From Eledone cirrhosa (Eukaryota), in the NCBI GenBank assembly GCA_964016885.1, contig OZ024744.1:60884001-60948000 (forward strand): DNA of 64,000 nt. Reading direction: 5' to 3'. Positions 39,401-52,676 of this stretch are shown here, piece by piece; positions within the stretch are counted from its first letter, which is position 1; every line of letters begins with the position of its first letter. Below the pieces are notes generated by a model. It saw only the letters and a list, made by a program, of their open reading frames with translations. It had not been told where the DNA came from and made no database searches. A program made the position numbers and the translations under genes.

Positions 39401-42400
39401 AATCAGTGATTAGAAGTGTGTTGGCCTGCAAATGTGATAGAAATGGGTGACTAGAAGTGTGTTGGCCTGAAAATGTGATAGAAATCAGTGACTAGAAGTG
39501 TGATGGCCTGCAAATGTGATAGAAATCAGTGACTAGAAGTGTGTTGGCCTGCAAATGTGATAGAAATCAGTGACTAGAAGTGTGTTAGCCTGCAAATGTG
39601 ATAGAAATCAGTGATTAGAAGTGTGTTGGCCTGCAAATGTGATAGAAATCAGTGATTAGAAGTATGATGGCCTAAAAATGTGATAGAAATCAGTGACTAG
39701 AAGTGTGTTGGCCTGCAAATGTGATAGAAATGAGTGACTAGAAGTGTGTTGGCCTGCAAATGTGATAGAAATCAGTGACTAGAAGTGTGTTGGCCTGCAA
39801 ATGTGATAGAAATCAGTGACTAGAAGTATGATGGCCTGCAAATGTGATAGAAATCAGTGACTAGAAGTTTGATGGCCTGCAAATGTGATAGAAATCAGTG
39901 ACTAGAAGTGTGTTGGCCTGCAAATGTGATAGAAATGAGTGACTAGAAGTGTGATGGCCTGCAAATGTGATAGAAATCAGTGACTAGAAGTGTGTTGGCC
40001 TGAAAATGTGATAGAAATCAGTGACTAGAAGTGTGATGGCCTGCAAATGTGATAGAAATCAGTGACTAGAAGTGTGTTGGCCTGCAAATGTGATAGAAAT
40101 CAGTGACTAGAAGTGTGTTAGCCTGCAAATGTGATAGAAATCAGTGATTAGAAGTGTGTTGGCCTGCAAATGTGATAGAAATGGGTGACTAGAAGTGTGT
40201 TGGCCTGAAAATGTGATAGAAATCAGTGACTAGAAGTGTGATGGCCTGCAAATGTGATAGAAATCAGTGACTAGAAGTGTGTTGGCCTGCAAATGTGATA
40301 GAAATCAGTGACTAGAAGTGTGTTAGCCTGCAAATGTGATAGAAATCAGTGATTAGAAGTGTGTTGGCCTGCAAATGTGATAGAAATCAGTGATTAGAAG
40401 TATGATGGCCTAAAAATGTGATAGAAATCAGTGACTAGAAGTGTGTTGGCCTGCAAATGTGATAGAAATGAGTGACTAGAAGTGTGTTGGCCTGCAAATG
40501 TGATAGAAATCAGTGACTAGAAGTGTGTTGGCCTGCAAATGTGATAGAAATCAGTGACTAGAAGTATGATGGCCTGCAAATGTGATAGAAATCAGTGACT
40601 AGAAGTTTGATGGCCTGCAAATGTGATAGAAATCAGTGACTAGAAGTGTGTTGGCCTGCAAATGTGATAGAAATCAGTGACTAGAAGTATGATGGCCTGC
40701 AAATGTGATAGAAATCAGTGACTAGAAGTGTGATGGCCTGCAAATGTGATAGAAATCAGTGACTAGAAGTGTGATGGCCTGCAAATGTGATAGAAATCAG
40801 TGACTAGAAGTGTGTTGGCCTGCAAATGTGATAGAAATCAGTGACTAGAAGTATGATGGCCTGCAAATGTGATAGAAATCAGTGACTAGAAGTGTGTTGG
40901 CCTGCAAATGTGATAGAAATCAGTGACTAGAAGTGTGATGGCCTGCAAATGTGATAGAAATCAGTGACTAGAAGTATGATGGCCTGCAAATGTGATAGAA
41001 ATGAGTGACTAGAAGTGTGTTGGTCTGCAAATGTGATAGAAATCAGTGACTAGAAGTGTGTTGGCCTGCAAATGTGATAGAAATCAGTGATTAGAAGTGT
41101 GTTGGCCTGCAAATGTGATAGAAATCAGTGACTAGAAGTATGATGGCCTGCAAATGTGATAGAAATCAGTGACTAGAAGTGTGTTGGCCTGCAAAGGTGA
41201 TAGAAATCAGTGATTAGAAGTGTGTTGGCCTGCAAATGTGATAGAAATCAGTGACTAGAAGTGTGATGGCCTGCAAATGTGATAGAAATGAGTGACTAGA
41301 AGTGTGTTGGCCTGCAAATGTGATAGAAATCAGTGATTAGAAGTGTGTTGGCCTGCAAATGTGATAGAAATCAGTGACTAGAAGTGTGATGGCCTGCAAA
41401 TGTGATAGAAATCAGTGACTAGAAGTATGATGGCCTGAAAATGTGATAGAAATCAGTGACTAGAAGTGTGTTGGCCTGCAAATGTGATAGAAATCAGTGA
41501 TTAGAAGTGTGTTGGCCTGCAAATGTGATAGAAATGAGTGACAAGAAGTGTGTTGGCCTGCAAATGTGATAGAAATCAGTGACTAGAAGTGTGTTGGCCT
41601 GCAAATGTGATAGAAATGAGTGACTAGAAGTGTGTTGGCCTGCAAATGTGATAGAAATCAGTGACTAGAAGTGTGTTGGCCTGCAAATGTGATAGAAATC
41701 AGTGACTAGAAGTATGATGGCCTGCAAATGTGATAGAAATCAGTGACTAGAAGTGTGTTGGCCTGCAAATGTGATAGAAATCAGTGACTAGAAGTGTGAT
41801 GGCCTGCAAATGTGATAGAAATCAGTGACTAGAAATATGATGGCCTGCAAATGTGATAGAAATGAGTGACTAGAAGTGTGTTGGCCTGCAAATGTGATAG
41901 AAATCAGTGACTAGAAGTGTGTTGGCCTGCAAATGTGATAGAAATCAGTGATTAGAAGTGTGTTGGCCTGCAAATGTGATAGAAATCAGTGATTAGAAGT
42001 TTGATGGCCTGCAAATGTGATAGAAATGAGTGACTAGAAGTGTGATGGCCTGCAAATGTGATAGAAATCTGTGACTAGAAGTGTGATGGCCTGCAAATGT
42101 GATAGAAATCAGTGACTAGAAGTGTGTTGGCCTGCAAATGTGATAGAAATCTGTGACTAGAAGTGTGATGGCCTGCAAATGTGATAGAAATCAGTGACTA
42201 GAAGTGTGTTGGCCTGCAAATGTGATAGAAATCAGTGATTAGAAGTGTGTTGGCCTGCAAATGTGATAGAAATCAGTGACTAGAAGTGTGATGGCCTGCA
42301 AATGTGATAGAAATCAGTGACTAGAAGTATGTTGGCCTGCAAATGTGATAGAAATCAGTGATTAGAAGTGTGTTGGCCTGCAAATGTGATAGAAATCAGT

Positions 42401-45400
42401 GACTAGAAGTGTGATGGCCTGCAAATGTGATAGAAATGAGTGACTAGAAGTGTGTTGGCCTGCAAATGTGATAGAAATCAGTGATTAGAAGTGTGTTGGC
42501 CTGCAAATGTGATAGAAATCAGTGACTAGAAGTGTGTTGGCCTGCAAATGTGATAGAAATCAGTGACTAGAAGGGTGATGGCCTGCAAATGTGATAGAAA
42601 TCAGTGACTAGAAGTATGATGGCCTGAAAATGTGATAGAAATCAGTGACTAGAAGTGTGTTGGCCTGCAAATGTGATAGAAATCAGTGACTAGAAGTGTG
42701 TTGGCCTGCAAATGTGATAGAAATCAGTGACTAGAAGTGTGTTGGCCTGCAAATGTGATAGAAATCAGTGACTAGAAGTGTGTTGGCCTGCAAACGTGAT
42801 AGAAATCAGTGACTAGAAGTGTGTTGGCCTGCAAATGTGATAGAAATCAGTGACTAGAAGTGTGTTGGCCTGCAAATGTGATAGAAATGAGTGACTAGAA
42901 GTGTGTTGGCCTGCAAATGTGATAGAAATCAGTGACTAGAAGTGTGTTGGCCTGCAAATGTGATAGAAATGAGTGACTAGAAGTGTGTTGGCCTGCAAAT
43001 GTGATAGAAATGAGTGACTAGAAGTGTGTTGGCCTTCAAATGTGATAGAAATCAGTGACTAGAAGTGTGTTGGCCTACAAATGTGATAGAAATCTGTGAC
43101 TAGAAGTGTGCTGGCCTGCAAATGTGATAGAAATCAGTGACTAGAAGTGTGTTGGCCTGCACATGTGATAGAAATCAGTGACTAGAAGTGTGATGGCCTG
43201 CAAATGTGATAGAAATCTGTGACTAGAAGTGTGTTGGCCTGCAAATGTGATAGAAATCAGAGACTAGAAGTGTGATGGCCTGCAAATGTGATAGAAATCT
43301 GTGACTAGAAGTGTGATGGCCTGCAAATGTAATAGAAATCTGTGACTAGAAGTGTGATGGCCTGCAAATGTGATAGAAATCAGTGATTAGAAGTGTGTTG
43401 GCCTGCAAATGTGATAGAAATCAGTGACTAGAAGTGTGTTGGCCTGCAAATGTGATAGAAATCAGTGACTAGAAGTGTGTTGGCCTGCAAATGTGATAAA
43501 AATGAGTGACTAGAAGTGTGTTGGCCTGCAAATGTGATAGAAATCAGTGACTAGAAGTGTGTTGGCCTGCAAATGTGATAGAAATCAGTGACTAGAAGTG
43601 TGTTGGCCTGCAAATGTGATAGAAATCAGTGACTAGAAGTGTGTTAGCCTGCAAATGTGATAGAAATCAGTGACTAGAAGTATGTTGGCCTGCAAATGTG
43701 ATAGAAATCAGCGACTAGAAGTGTGTTGGCCTGCAAATGTGATAGAAATCTGTGACTAGAAGTGTGATGGCCTGCAAATGTGATAGAAATCAGTGACTAG
43801 AAGTGTGTTGGCCTGCACATGTGATAGAAATCAGTGACTAGAAGTGTGATGGACTGCAAATGTGATAGAAATCTGTGACTAGAAGTGTGTTGGCCTGCAA
43901 ATGTGATAGAAATCAGTGACTAGAAGTGTGTTGGCCTGCAAATGTGATAGAAATGAGTGACTAGAAGTGTGTTGGTCTGCAAATGTGATAGAAATCAGTG
44001 ACTAGAAGTGTGTTGGCCTGCAAATGTGATAGAAATCAGTGACTAGAAGTGTGATGGCCTGCAAATGTGATAGAAATCTGTGACTAGAAGTGTGATGGCC
44101 TGCAAATGTAATAGAAATCTGTGACTAGAAGTGTGATGGCCTGCAAATGTGATAGAAATCTGTGACTAGAAGTGTGTTGGCCTGCAAATGTGATAGAAAT
44201 CAGTGACTAGAAGTGTGTTGGCCTGCAAATGTGATAGAAATCAGTGACTAGAAGTGTGTTGGCCTGCAAATGTGATAGAAATCAGTGACTAGAAGTGTGT
44301 TGGCCTGCAAATGTGATAGAAATCAGTGACTAGAAGTATGTTGGCCTGCAAATGTGATAGAAATCTGTGACTAGAAGTGTGTTGGCCTGCAAATGTGATA
44401 GAAATCAGTGACTAGAAGTGTGTTAGCCTGCAAATGTGATAGAAATCAGTGATTAGAAGTATGTTGGCCTGCAAATGTGATAGAAATCATTGGCTAGAAG
44501 TGTGTTGGCCTGCAAATGTGATAAAAATGAGTGACTAGAAGTGTGTTGGCCTGCAAATGTGATAGAAATCAGTGACTAGAAGTGTGTTGGCCTGCAAATG
44601 TGATAGAAATCAGTGACTAGAAGTGTGTTGGCCTGCAAATGTGATAGAAATCTGTGACTAGAAGTGTGTTAGCCTGCAAATGTGATAGAAATCAGTGACT
44701 AGAAGTGTGTTAGCCTGCAAATGTGATAGAAATCAGTGACTAGAAGTATGTTGGCCTGCAAATGTGATAGAAATCAGCGACTAGAAGTGTGTTGGCCTGC
44801 AAATGTGATAGAAATCAGTGACTAGAAGTGTGTTGGCCTGCAAATGTGATAGAAATCTGTGACTAGAAGTGTGTTGGCCTGCAAATGTGATAGAAATGAG
44901 TGACTAGAAGTGTGTTGGCCTGCAAATGTGATAGAAATGAGTGACTAGAAGTGTGTTGGCCTGCAAATGTGATAAAAATGAGTGACTAGAAGTGTGTTAG
45001 CCTGCAAATGTGATAGAAATCAGTGACTAGAAGTGTGTTAGCCTGCAAATGTGATAGAAATCAGTGACTAGAAGTGTGTTGGCCTGCAAATGTGATAGAA
45101 ATCTGTGACTAGAAGTGTGTTGGCCTGCAAATGTGATAGAAATGAGTGACTAGAAGTGTGTTGGCCTGCAAATGTGATAAAAATGAGTGACTAGAAGTGT
45201 GTTGGCCTGCAAATGTGATAAAAATGAGTGACTAGAAGTGTGTTAGCCTGCAAATGTGATAGAAATCAGTGACTAGAAGTGTGTTAGCCTGCAAATGTGA
45301 TAGAAATCAGTGACTAGAAGTGTGTTAGCCTGCAAATGTGATAGAAATCAGTGACTAGAAGTGTGTTAGCCTGCAAATGTGATAGAAATCAGTGACTAGA

Positions 45401-45510
45401 AGTGTGTTGGCCTGCAAACGTAATAGAAATTTGTGACTAGAAGTGTGTTGGCCTGCAAATGTGATAGAAATCAATGACTAGAAGTGTGATAGCCTGCAAA
45501 TGTGATAGAA
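36451..45510. repeat. 41-bp tandem satellite, about 220 units, 9 kb
   Basis: Unit gtgatagaaatcagtgactagaagtgtg(t/a)tggcctgcaaat; no unique spacers. Confidence 0.99.
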
Positions 45511-45768
45511 AGAAAGAAGAAAAGGAATAAAATGGATGAGAGGAAATCACAAACATTTAAATATTCTCATAAGCTTTAAGACCACTTGTGGTTTTAACAA
45601 TTTAATACACACACACGCGCACATATATATATATGCAGAGGTTATATTTAATTTGTTGGGATTCAACAAGCTTTAACATTTTTATAACTGATATAAAGCA
45701 CTCAACAGATAAGTGGAGTAAATATACAATATATTAATAAATGGAAACTATATTTATAAAACCATAAT

Positions 45769-45834
45769 TATTTTATTATATATATTTCAAGGGCGACCAA
45801 GGTAAATTATGGTGCGCTTTCATCAGATAAGATA
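45769..45834 (-). ncRNA. Type-I hammerhead motif within inverted repeat 45721-45970
   Basis: Reverse complement reads tatcttat CTGATGA aagcgcacca-taatttacct-tggtcgccctt GAAA tatata TA ataaaata. Confidence 0.68.
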
Positions 45835-45961
45835 CAGATTTGTTTTATAAATAAATATTGACATACCCGGAAAAAAGACCACCTCAACGGTTGAAATTCG
45901 CTTGAAATATATATAATAAAATAATTATGGTTTTATAAATATAATTTCCATTTATTAATAT

Positions 45962-46046
<85 letters not shown>

Positions 46047-46274
46047 TATAATAGTAATCAGTTTCCATTAGTTAAATTGGTGTAACATGAAATTGAAGAC
46101 TATGTCAACATATAGTGGATTAGCGATTCTAGATGTAATCGGTTATGTATTAAGGAAACATGTGTAAGTTATGAAATAAATATTGATCCTTAAATTGGTC
46201 CTGAAATTTGGTGTGTTCATGAAATTTGTTGATTTATATATATATATATACGTATATATACGTATATATATATA

Positions 46275-46319
<45 letters not shown>

Positions 46320-46321
<2 letters not shown>

Positions 46322-46702
46322 TATAGAGTAAAGCATGTCCAGAGAATTATTTGATAATATATATACATAATCTCTACTCCCAATCAGCATAATTAACAAA
46401 TTTAGTGATTTAATCCTGGTATGTATATAAGCATTTCTAACATTAATTTTTACCTAATTATGTATGGTTGACCGTATATTTAATTAATTTCCACGTGCTG
46501 TTGAAATGTTGGGTAAATATTCTATAGCGGTTGCACGCGAAGACGCCACGATGGAGTATTTATTTACTGTTTCTTCATAGATGCCTTTTATTCTTATAGC
46601 CTGGTCTAATTGTTTTTTTGTGTGGTTAATTATGCTGATTGGGAGTAGAGATGATGTATATATATTATCAAATAATTCTCTGGACATGCTTCACTCTATA
46701 GT
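46320..46702. repeat. Inverted-repeat element, ~78-bp arms
   Basis: actatagagtaaagcatgtccagagaattatttg versus caaataattctctggacatgcttcactctatagt. Confidence 0.88.
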
Positions 46703-46874
46703 ATTTCGCTCTGATTAATTTATTAATTCTCCATTGAGCCACATCGTGAAAAGTTGTCAAAGCACATATATACCTGTGACTTTGTTTAATTGGTGTATGT
46801 GTAAATATTTATATTTTATATATTTTGCTTTTAAGAAACCACTGGTAAATGAAATAATTGCCTTATGTTGTTTA

Positions 46875-46936
46875 TTTCATTTACCAGTGGTTTCTTAAAA
46901 GCAAAAAAAATTTTGCTTTCAATCATCAGAATGAAA
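46875..46936 (-). ncRNA. Type-I hammerhead motif
   Basis: Reverse complement reads tttcatt CTGATGA ttgaaagcaaaa..ttttgcttttaa GAAA ccactgg TA aatgaaa. Confidence 0.78.
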
Positions 46937-46969
46937 AAATCCTGGCGTATTTATTGACGTTGGATTATG

Positions 46970-47311
46970 GAGGCACATGGCTTAGTGGTTAGAGCATTGG
47001 CCTTGCAATCGAAAGGTTGTGAGTTCAATTCTCAGACCGGGTGATGTGTTGTTTCCTTGAGCAAGACACTTTATTTCACATTGCTTCAGTTTACTCAGCT
47101 GTAGAAATGAGATGATAAGGACTGGGGTCCATATCATTCCACTGCAAAGAGGTCGTGGAGGTGCCACAGGAAAAAAGCGCCCAGCACTCACTGTAAATGA
47201 GGTTGGTGTTAGGAAGGGCATCCAGCTGTAGAAATCAAGTCAGAATCAGTTCCCGTGTCCCACCCTTGCAAGCAGGGAAAAGCGGACGTAAAATGATGAT
47301 GATGATGATGA
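46970..47311 (+). mobile_element. Full tRNA-derived SINE with RTE tail
   Basis: Same family as 11340-11673. Confidence 0.88.
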
Positions 47312-47843
47312 TACACGTATATGTATATATATATAAGTATATATATTGTTATACTTGGGGAGGGTTATATTTGTGTAATATTGCCAGAATTAATAACAGA
47401 ACACACTCACTGTTTGATTGGTTTTCGCTTTTCGCTTCTGTGTCTTTTATATCGATAATTTAATTTATTCGGTCCTCAATGTTGCCATTGACTGACCAAC
47501 GGTCAAAAACAAAGATACAATATAGACACAAACACATATATATAGTTTATCAAAGTTCTTTCATTGCACATCTGCAACATCATCAGTGGTGCTATTGTTT
47601 CCTCTCGTTGCATTGCATTTTCTACGCCATCTTTATTTAGTCTGTTTATATATTTATTTATTTGTTTATTTTATTTTGTCTTCTTTGCACATGCGTTTGC
47701 GTGTGTGTATAGTGTTTTGTTTGATGTGTGTTCGTGATTGGGTGACTGTGTATTGGTTAATGTATTCTATCTTTACTAGTGTGTATTTATATGTGTTTGT
47801 TGTTATTGTGCTTGTGTATGTATTTATTTATCTATTTATTTAT

Positions 47844-49292
47844 TTATACTTCTCTTAGGTCAGTGTTGTTTGTTTGGGTGTTGTTGTTATTCCATTCATT
47901 TTTTCTGTTTAGCCTTGGCCTTCTAAGTTCTATTTCACTGGCCTCTCTGATTTGCCTATCTGCTGGGTCATTTCTATGTTTAGATATTATTCTAATTTCT
48001 ATGTTGTCTATGCTACTGTCGTGTTGTTGTCTTGTATGTTCGTATAGTACTGAACCGTTTTTTCGTCCTTTTAGTTCCCCCCAGTGTTGGTCTATCCTTT
48101 CACCTATGCTACGAGCTGTCTCGCCTATGTATGTTGTTGTCATGTTTCTGCAAGTACCGTCTGTACATCTTATGCACTAGACTACGTTTCTAGTTTTACA
48201 GTTTATGTTAGGGTTTACCTTACATATGATACATTTCCTATTAGTACAGTGGGTTTTCTTAAAAGGGTAGGTTTTGCTGATCAGGGATTTTATGATGGTT
48301 CCTGGCTTTTCTACCACCTTAATCTTTAAGTGGGTTTTTCTCAGGACCTTTCTACACTGGTTAGCTAATTTCCCTCCAGGGGTAGCGTCCACAAACATGA
48401 CACTCTGGTATCTCTGGTTGTCGTACCATGAGGTGGCTTTCCCTATCTTATGTCTAGCCCTATCTAAGCTATTCCATGATTTGCTCCTGTATAATGGGCA
48501 AATTCCTTTCATGTCCAGTTCTAAGAGGGTCTTATACTTCTCCGTGGCTCCTTCATATACTCTGATTCTGTCTCTTTGGTTGTAGCCAGAGAACTGCATG
48601 CGGTTGATGAAGTGTTGGATGTGTCTTTCCATTTCTGTTGGGTCGCACATGCGGGACACGTTCTTCATCACTCGTACCAAGTCTGCAATCAGAATATTAA
48701 ACTTAGCACTACTGGACATTGCTGCGTTTTTGAGTATCAGGTATTTGGAGGCCATGGGTTTAGCATAGTGTGAGTGGAGAATTTGGGCTCTCTCGTCTAT
48801 AGTGTTGATCCAGAGTTCCGTGTCTAATACAGGTAGTCTATTGTTAGGGTGTTTGGAAGGGTAGTCGATAGTTACAGTTATACTCTGGTGTATGGAATTA
48901 GCTATCTGCTGGATGTTTTCCATTGTGCTACGTTCTAAATCAAACTTGTTAGTGCTCTCTAGTGGGGATGTTCTTATAACTATATTGATATCGTCTACGT
49001 AACGAGAGTACATGATGAGGTCTATGGAGCTCTCATTAAGGAGATCTTTAAGTCTCCTTTCTCACCATACCATAAAAAGGTTGGCAATGTCACCAGCTGT
49101 GCTGACGCCAATGGCTGCTCCCTCATTTTTGGTGTAGATCTTCTTGTTGAACTTGAATATGTGGCCCTTTAGGGTAGTTTTGATACTAGCCCCTATTGCA
49201 TGTGCGACCATTTTTCTTACCTGATCATTGTTTTGGGGGGTCCGTATAGCTTTGGTCCACCCAATCCACCTTCCCATGGGAGTCTTTTTAGC
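47844..49292 (-). pseudogene. Penelope RT plus GIY-YIG endonuclease ORF interrupted by in-frame stops (49062, 48177)
   Basis: ORF pieces 49062-49313, 48177-49013 and 47844-48143 are collinear and in the same frame. Confidence 0.9.
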
Positions 49293-49997
49293 CATAAAAT
49301 CCCTGATCAGCAAAACCTACCCTTTTAAGAAAACCCACTGTACTAATAGGAAATGTATCATATGGATACATACCCCGGATAAACTATAAAACTAGAAACG
49401 TAGTCTATTACATAAGATGTACAGAGGGTACTTGCAGAAACATGACAACAACATACATAAGCGAGACAGCTCGTAGCATAGGTGAAAGGATAGACCAACA
49501 CTGGGGGGAACTAAAAGGACGAAAAAATGGTTCAGTACTATACGAACATGCCAGACAACACGACGGTAACATAGACAACATAGAAATTAGAATAATATCT
49601 AAACATAGCAGATAGGCAAATCAGAGAGGCCAGTGAAATAGAACTTAGAAGGCCAAGGCTAAACAGAAAAAAATGAATGGAATAACAACAACACCCAAAC
49701 AAACAACACTGACCTAAGAGAAGTATAAATAAATAAATAAATAAATAGATAAATAAATAAATAAATATATACACAAGCACAATAACAACAAACACATATA
49801 AACACACACTAGTAAACATAGAATACATTAACCAATACACAGTCACCCAATCACGAACACACATCAAACAAAACACTATATACACACGCAAACGCATGGT
49901 GCAAAGAAGACAAAATAAAATAAACAAATAAATAAATATATAAACAGACTAAATAAAGATGGCGTAGAAAATACAATGCAACGAAAGGAAATAATAG

Positions 49998-50040
49998 CAC
50001 CACTGATGATGTTGCAGATGTGCAACGAAAGAACTTTGAT
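49998..50040 (+). ncRNA. Minimal hammerhead-like motif in the Penelope terminal repeat (mirror copy at about 47550-47590, minus strand)
   Basis: cacca CTGATGA tgttgca-gatg-tgcaac GAAA gaact t tgat; stems I and III are weak. Confidence 0.5.
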
Positions 50041-50354
50041 AAACTATATATATGTGTTTGTGTCTATATTGTATCTGTGTTTTTGACCGTTGGTCAGTCA
50101 ATGGCAACATTGAGGACCGAATAAATTAAATTACCGATATAAAAGACACAGAAGCGAAAAGCGAAAACCAACCAAACAGTGAGTGTGTTCTCTTATTAAT
50201 TGGCAATATTACACAAATATGACCCTCCCCAAGTATAACAATATTTGTTTTGACACACGATTTCATATCAAAAACCTCACAAAACTAAGTATATATATAT
50301 ATATATACGTATATATATATACATATATATATATACGTATATATATATACTTAG

Positions 50355-50403
<49 letters not shown>

Positions 50404-50428
50404 TATATACATATATATATATATAAAC

Positions 50429-50469
<41 letters not shown>

Positions 50470-50497
50470 ATCAAAAGATGGTTAGAGGAGTTCCATG

Positions 50498-50568
50498 TAT
50501 TTTATTATGCGCATTTCAAAAACAAACATCATCATGCAATAATATTTGTGTTTTCATCAGATAAAACA
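50498..50568 (-). ncRNA. Type-I hammerhead motif, sense to the Penelope ORF
   Basis: Reverse complement reads tgttttat CTGATGA aaacacaaatattatt-gc-atgatgatgtttgttttt GAAA tgcgca TA ataaaata. Confidence 0.78.
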
Positions 50569-52296
50569 GGAGGACATGATATGAAGGCTAAAAAACACTT
50601 GTGGATAGTGCAGTTTTGAATCAACATATGGGAAGTAATTTTAGATTGATGTGTGATATTGGGAAAAATATTTTATTTAGAGAGGGGGGTGGGTGGAAAG
50701 GATGAAAAAAGGGGAGGAGATGAGAGTGAAGGTGGAGAGGGAGAGATAGGTGATAGAGAGAAAGAGATAGTTTTTATAACTGAGAAAAGATATATTGTTT
50801 TACATAGAGAGGTTGAAAACCGTTGGAAGATAATGTATAAATTAAAAGAATTTGAAAATTAACGAAGGGAAAAATATGTACGAAGGAGGAAAGGGAGTTA
50901 ATATGTATTGAGATTAAAAAGTTTGATGATAGAGAGAATAGAGAAATGGATTGCGGATGAATATTCTAACGTCAAAAAAATGTGTGTATGTTTACAAGTA
51001 TTATGGAGATTTGAAAATTAACGAAGAGAAAAAATTATTAAGGTTTGTGTATTGAAGGATTTGAGAAAAATAATGTGAAGTTAAGGTTTGTATATTGAAG
51101 GAATTGATAATATGTGCGAAGAAAGAGTTAATATGTATTAAGAATGAATTAGATGATGGGGAGAAAAAAAAAAAAAAAAAAAAAAAAAATTAAGGATGAA
51201 TAATCTGGCGTCAAAACAAATGTATATGTTACGAAGGATTTTACAAGGTGAAGATAGAGTGAGGGTAATGAGTAAACAAGTATTATAGAGTGTATAATAC
51301 CCTTTGAAGTAAGGTAGGAAGATGGGTATATTTTAAAAGAGGTGTATGTATATGTGCCTTTGAGAAAAGATTCTAAATTGATAAAGAATTGAATATTAGC
51401 TGTATACTTTGTGAAATGTCTTATGGAATTTATGCAAGCAGATAGAAAACAAATCTGTACGTCTATTTATTATAGAATCTAGATTAGAGATAATGGTAAA
51501 TTTTTCATTTAGGCAGAGATTACAGATTTTAGATAGAGAGCTGTTCAAGTATGAAGACGCAGAAGAAACCTTCTTCCAAAAGATGGTATATTTAATGTTT
51601 TTGTCTTTCAAGGACCATATGAGTTCTGAGAGAGCCGTGTTGGTTCTTTTAAGTTTGTATTTAAAAGATGAATGATGATTATAGAGACGAGCTTTAAAAG
51701 AGGTGGAAGTGGAGCCAAAAATAGGTGAAGGAATTGGTGCTAGTTATAACTTTACATTCATAAATTAAGTTTTTATCAAGACAATGGTTGTTGAGAGGAC
51801 ATTTATTTTTAATAGGGCAGTTGCAATTAGAGAGATTATTAATGAGTGACCTAGTGTTATCTATAGAAGGAATTGGATTGGAGAAGTTGTTTGCGATAGG
51901 AATAATAGTTTTTTGATTTAGAGTTGGATTATGAACATTTAGCGAAGTTGTGTTTGACGTTGTATTTGGGTTTACAGAAATTAGCCTAGGGTTTACAATG
52001 ACGTCGGGAGTACTATTACTGTTATTATGAAATTCAGTGTTGGAAGGAAGAGATTTAGTATTTAGTATTTTATTGTTGTGTTTAGAGATAATGTTGGAAA
52101 TATTGGAGGATGTAGAATAAGAAAATTTTATGGTGTGTTTGTTAAATATTTTACTATAGATATGTCCTTTCCACCCCCCCCTCTCTAAATAAAATATTTT
52201 TCCCAATATCACACATCAATCTAAAATTACTTCCCATATGTTGATTCAAAACTGCACTATCCACAAGTGTTTTTTAGCCTTCATATCATGTCCTCC

Positions 52297-52367
52297 TGTT
52301 TTATCTGATGAAAACACAAATATTATTGCATGATGATGTTTGTTTTTGAAATGCACATAATAAAATA
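52297..52367 (+). ncRNA. Type-I hammerhead motif (stem III tgcaca, CpG-decayed)
   Basis: Mirror copy of 50498-50568. Confidence 0.72.
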
Positions 52368-52493
52368 CATGGAACTCCTCTAACCATCTTTTGATCTTAT
52401 ATATTATGTATACTCCAGTCCTACAAACTGTAGAGTGCTTCTTATCCAATATCTGCATTGCTTTATTGTACTACAATAAAACTCACCTCCTTC

Positions 52494-52528
<35 letters not shown>

Positions 52529-52615
52529 TATGTATGTATATATATATATAAATGAAGTAATTCCGTCGGAAAGGTCCAGGAAAAAGAGTGCTCTATGTAG
52601 GTTACACCAGGATTT

Positions 52616-52676
52616 TTTCATTCTGATGATTGAAAGCAAAATTTGTTTGCTTTCAAGAAACCACTGGTAAATGAAA
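52616..52676 (+). ncRNA. Type-I hammerhead motif with perfect stems
   Basis: tttcatt CTGATGA ttgaaagcaaa-atttg-tttgctttcaa GAAA ccactgg TA aatgaaa. Confidence 0.83.

Larger units (their letters stand above)
47343..50244 (-). mobile_element. Penelope-like retroelement, 5'-truncated, with ~950-bp inverted terminal duplication (47343-48294 / 49293-50244)
   Basis: Minus-strand GAAIGVSTAGDIANLFM, YSRYVDDI, LPVLDTEL, HYAKPM, CxxxxCxxC linker, YIGETARSIGERIDQH (GIY-YIG). Confidence 0.93.
50463..52480 (-). mobile_element. Second Penelope-like relic (GIY-YIG C-terminus) with inverted terminal repeats 50463-50702 / 52165-52400
   Basis: IFNKHTIKFSYS, CNCPIKNKCPLNNHCLDKNLIYECKV..YFG, ICNLCLNEKFTII at 51396-52165. 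Confidence 0.9.

Noticed and set aside
36451-45510. CRISPR-like regular array
   Set aside because: Units are contiguous with no unique spacers, there are no cas genes, and the context is eukaryotic
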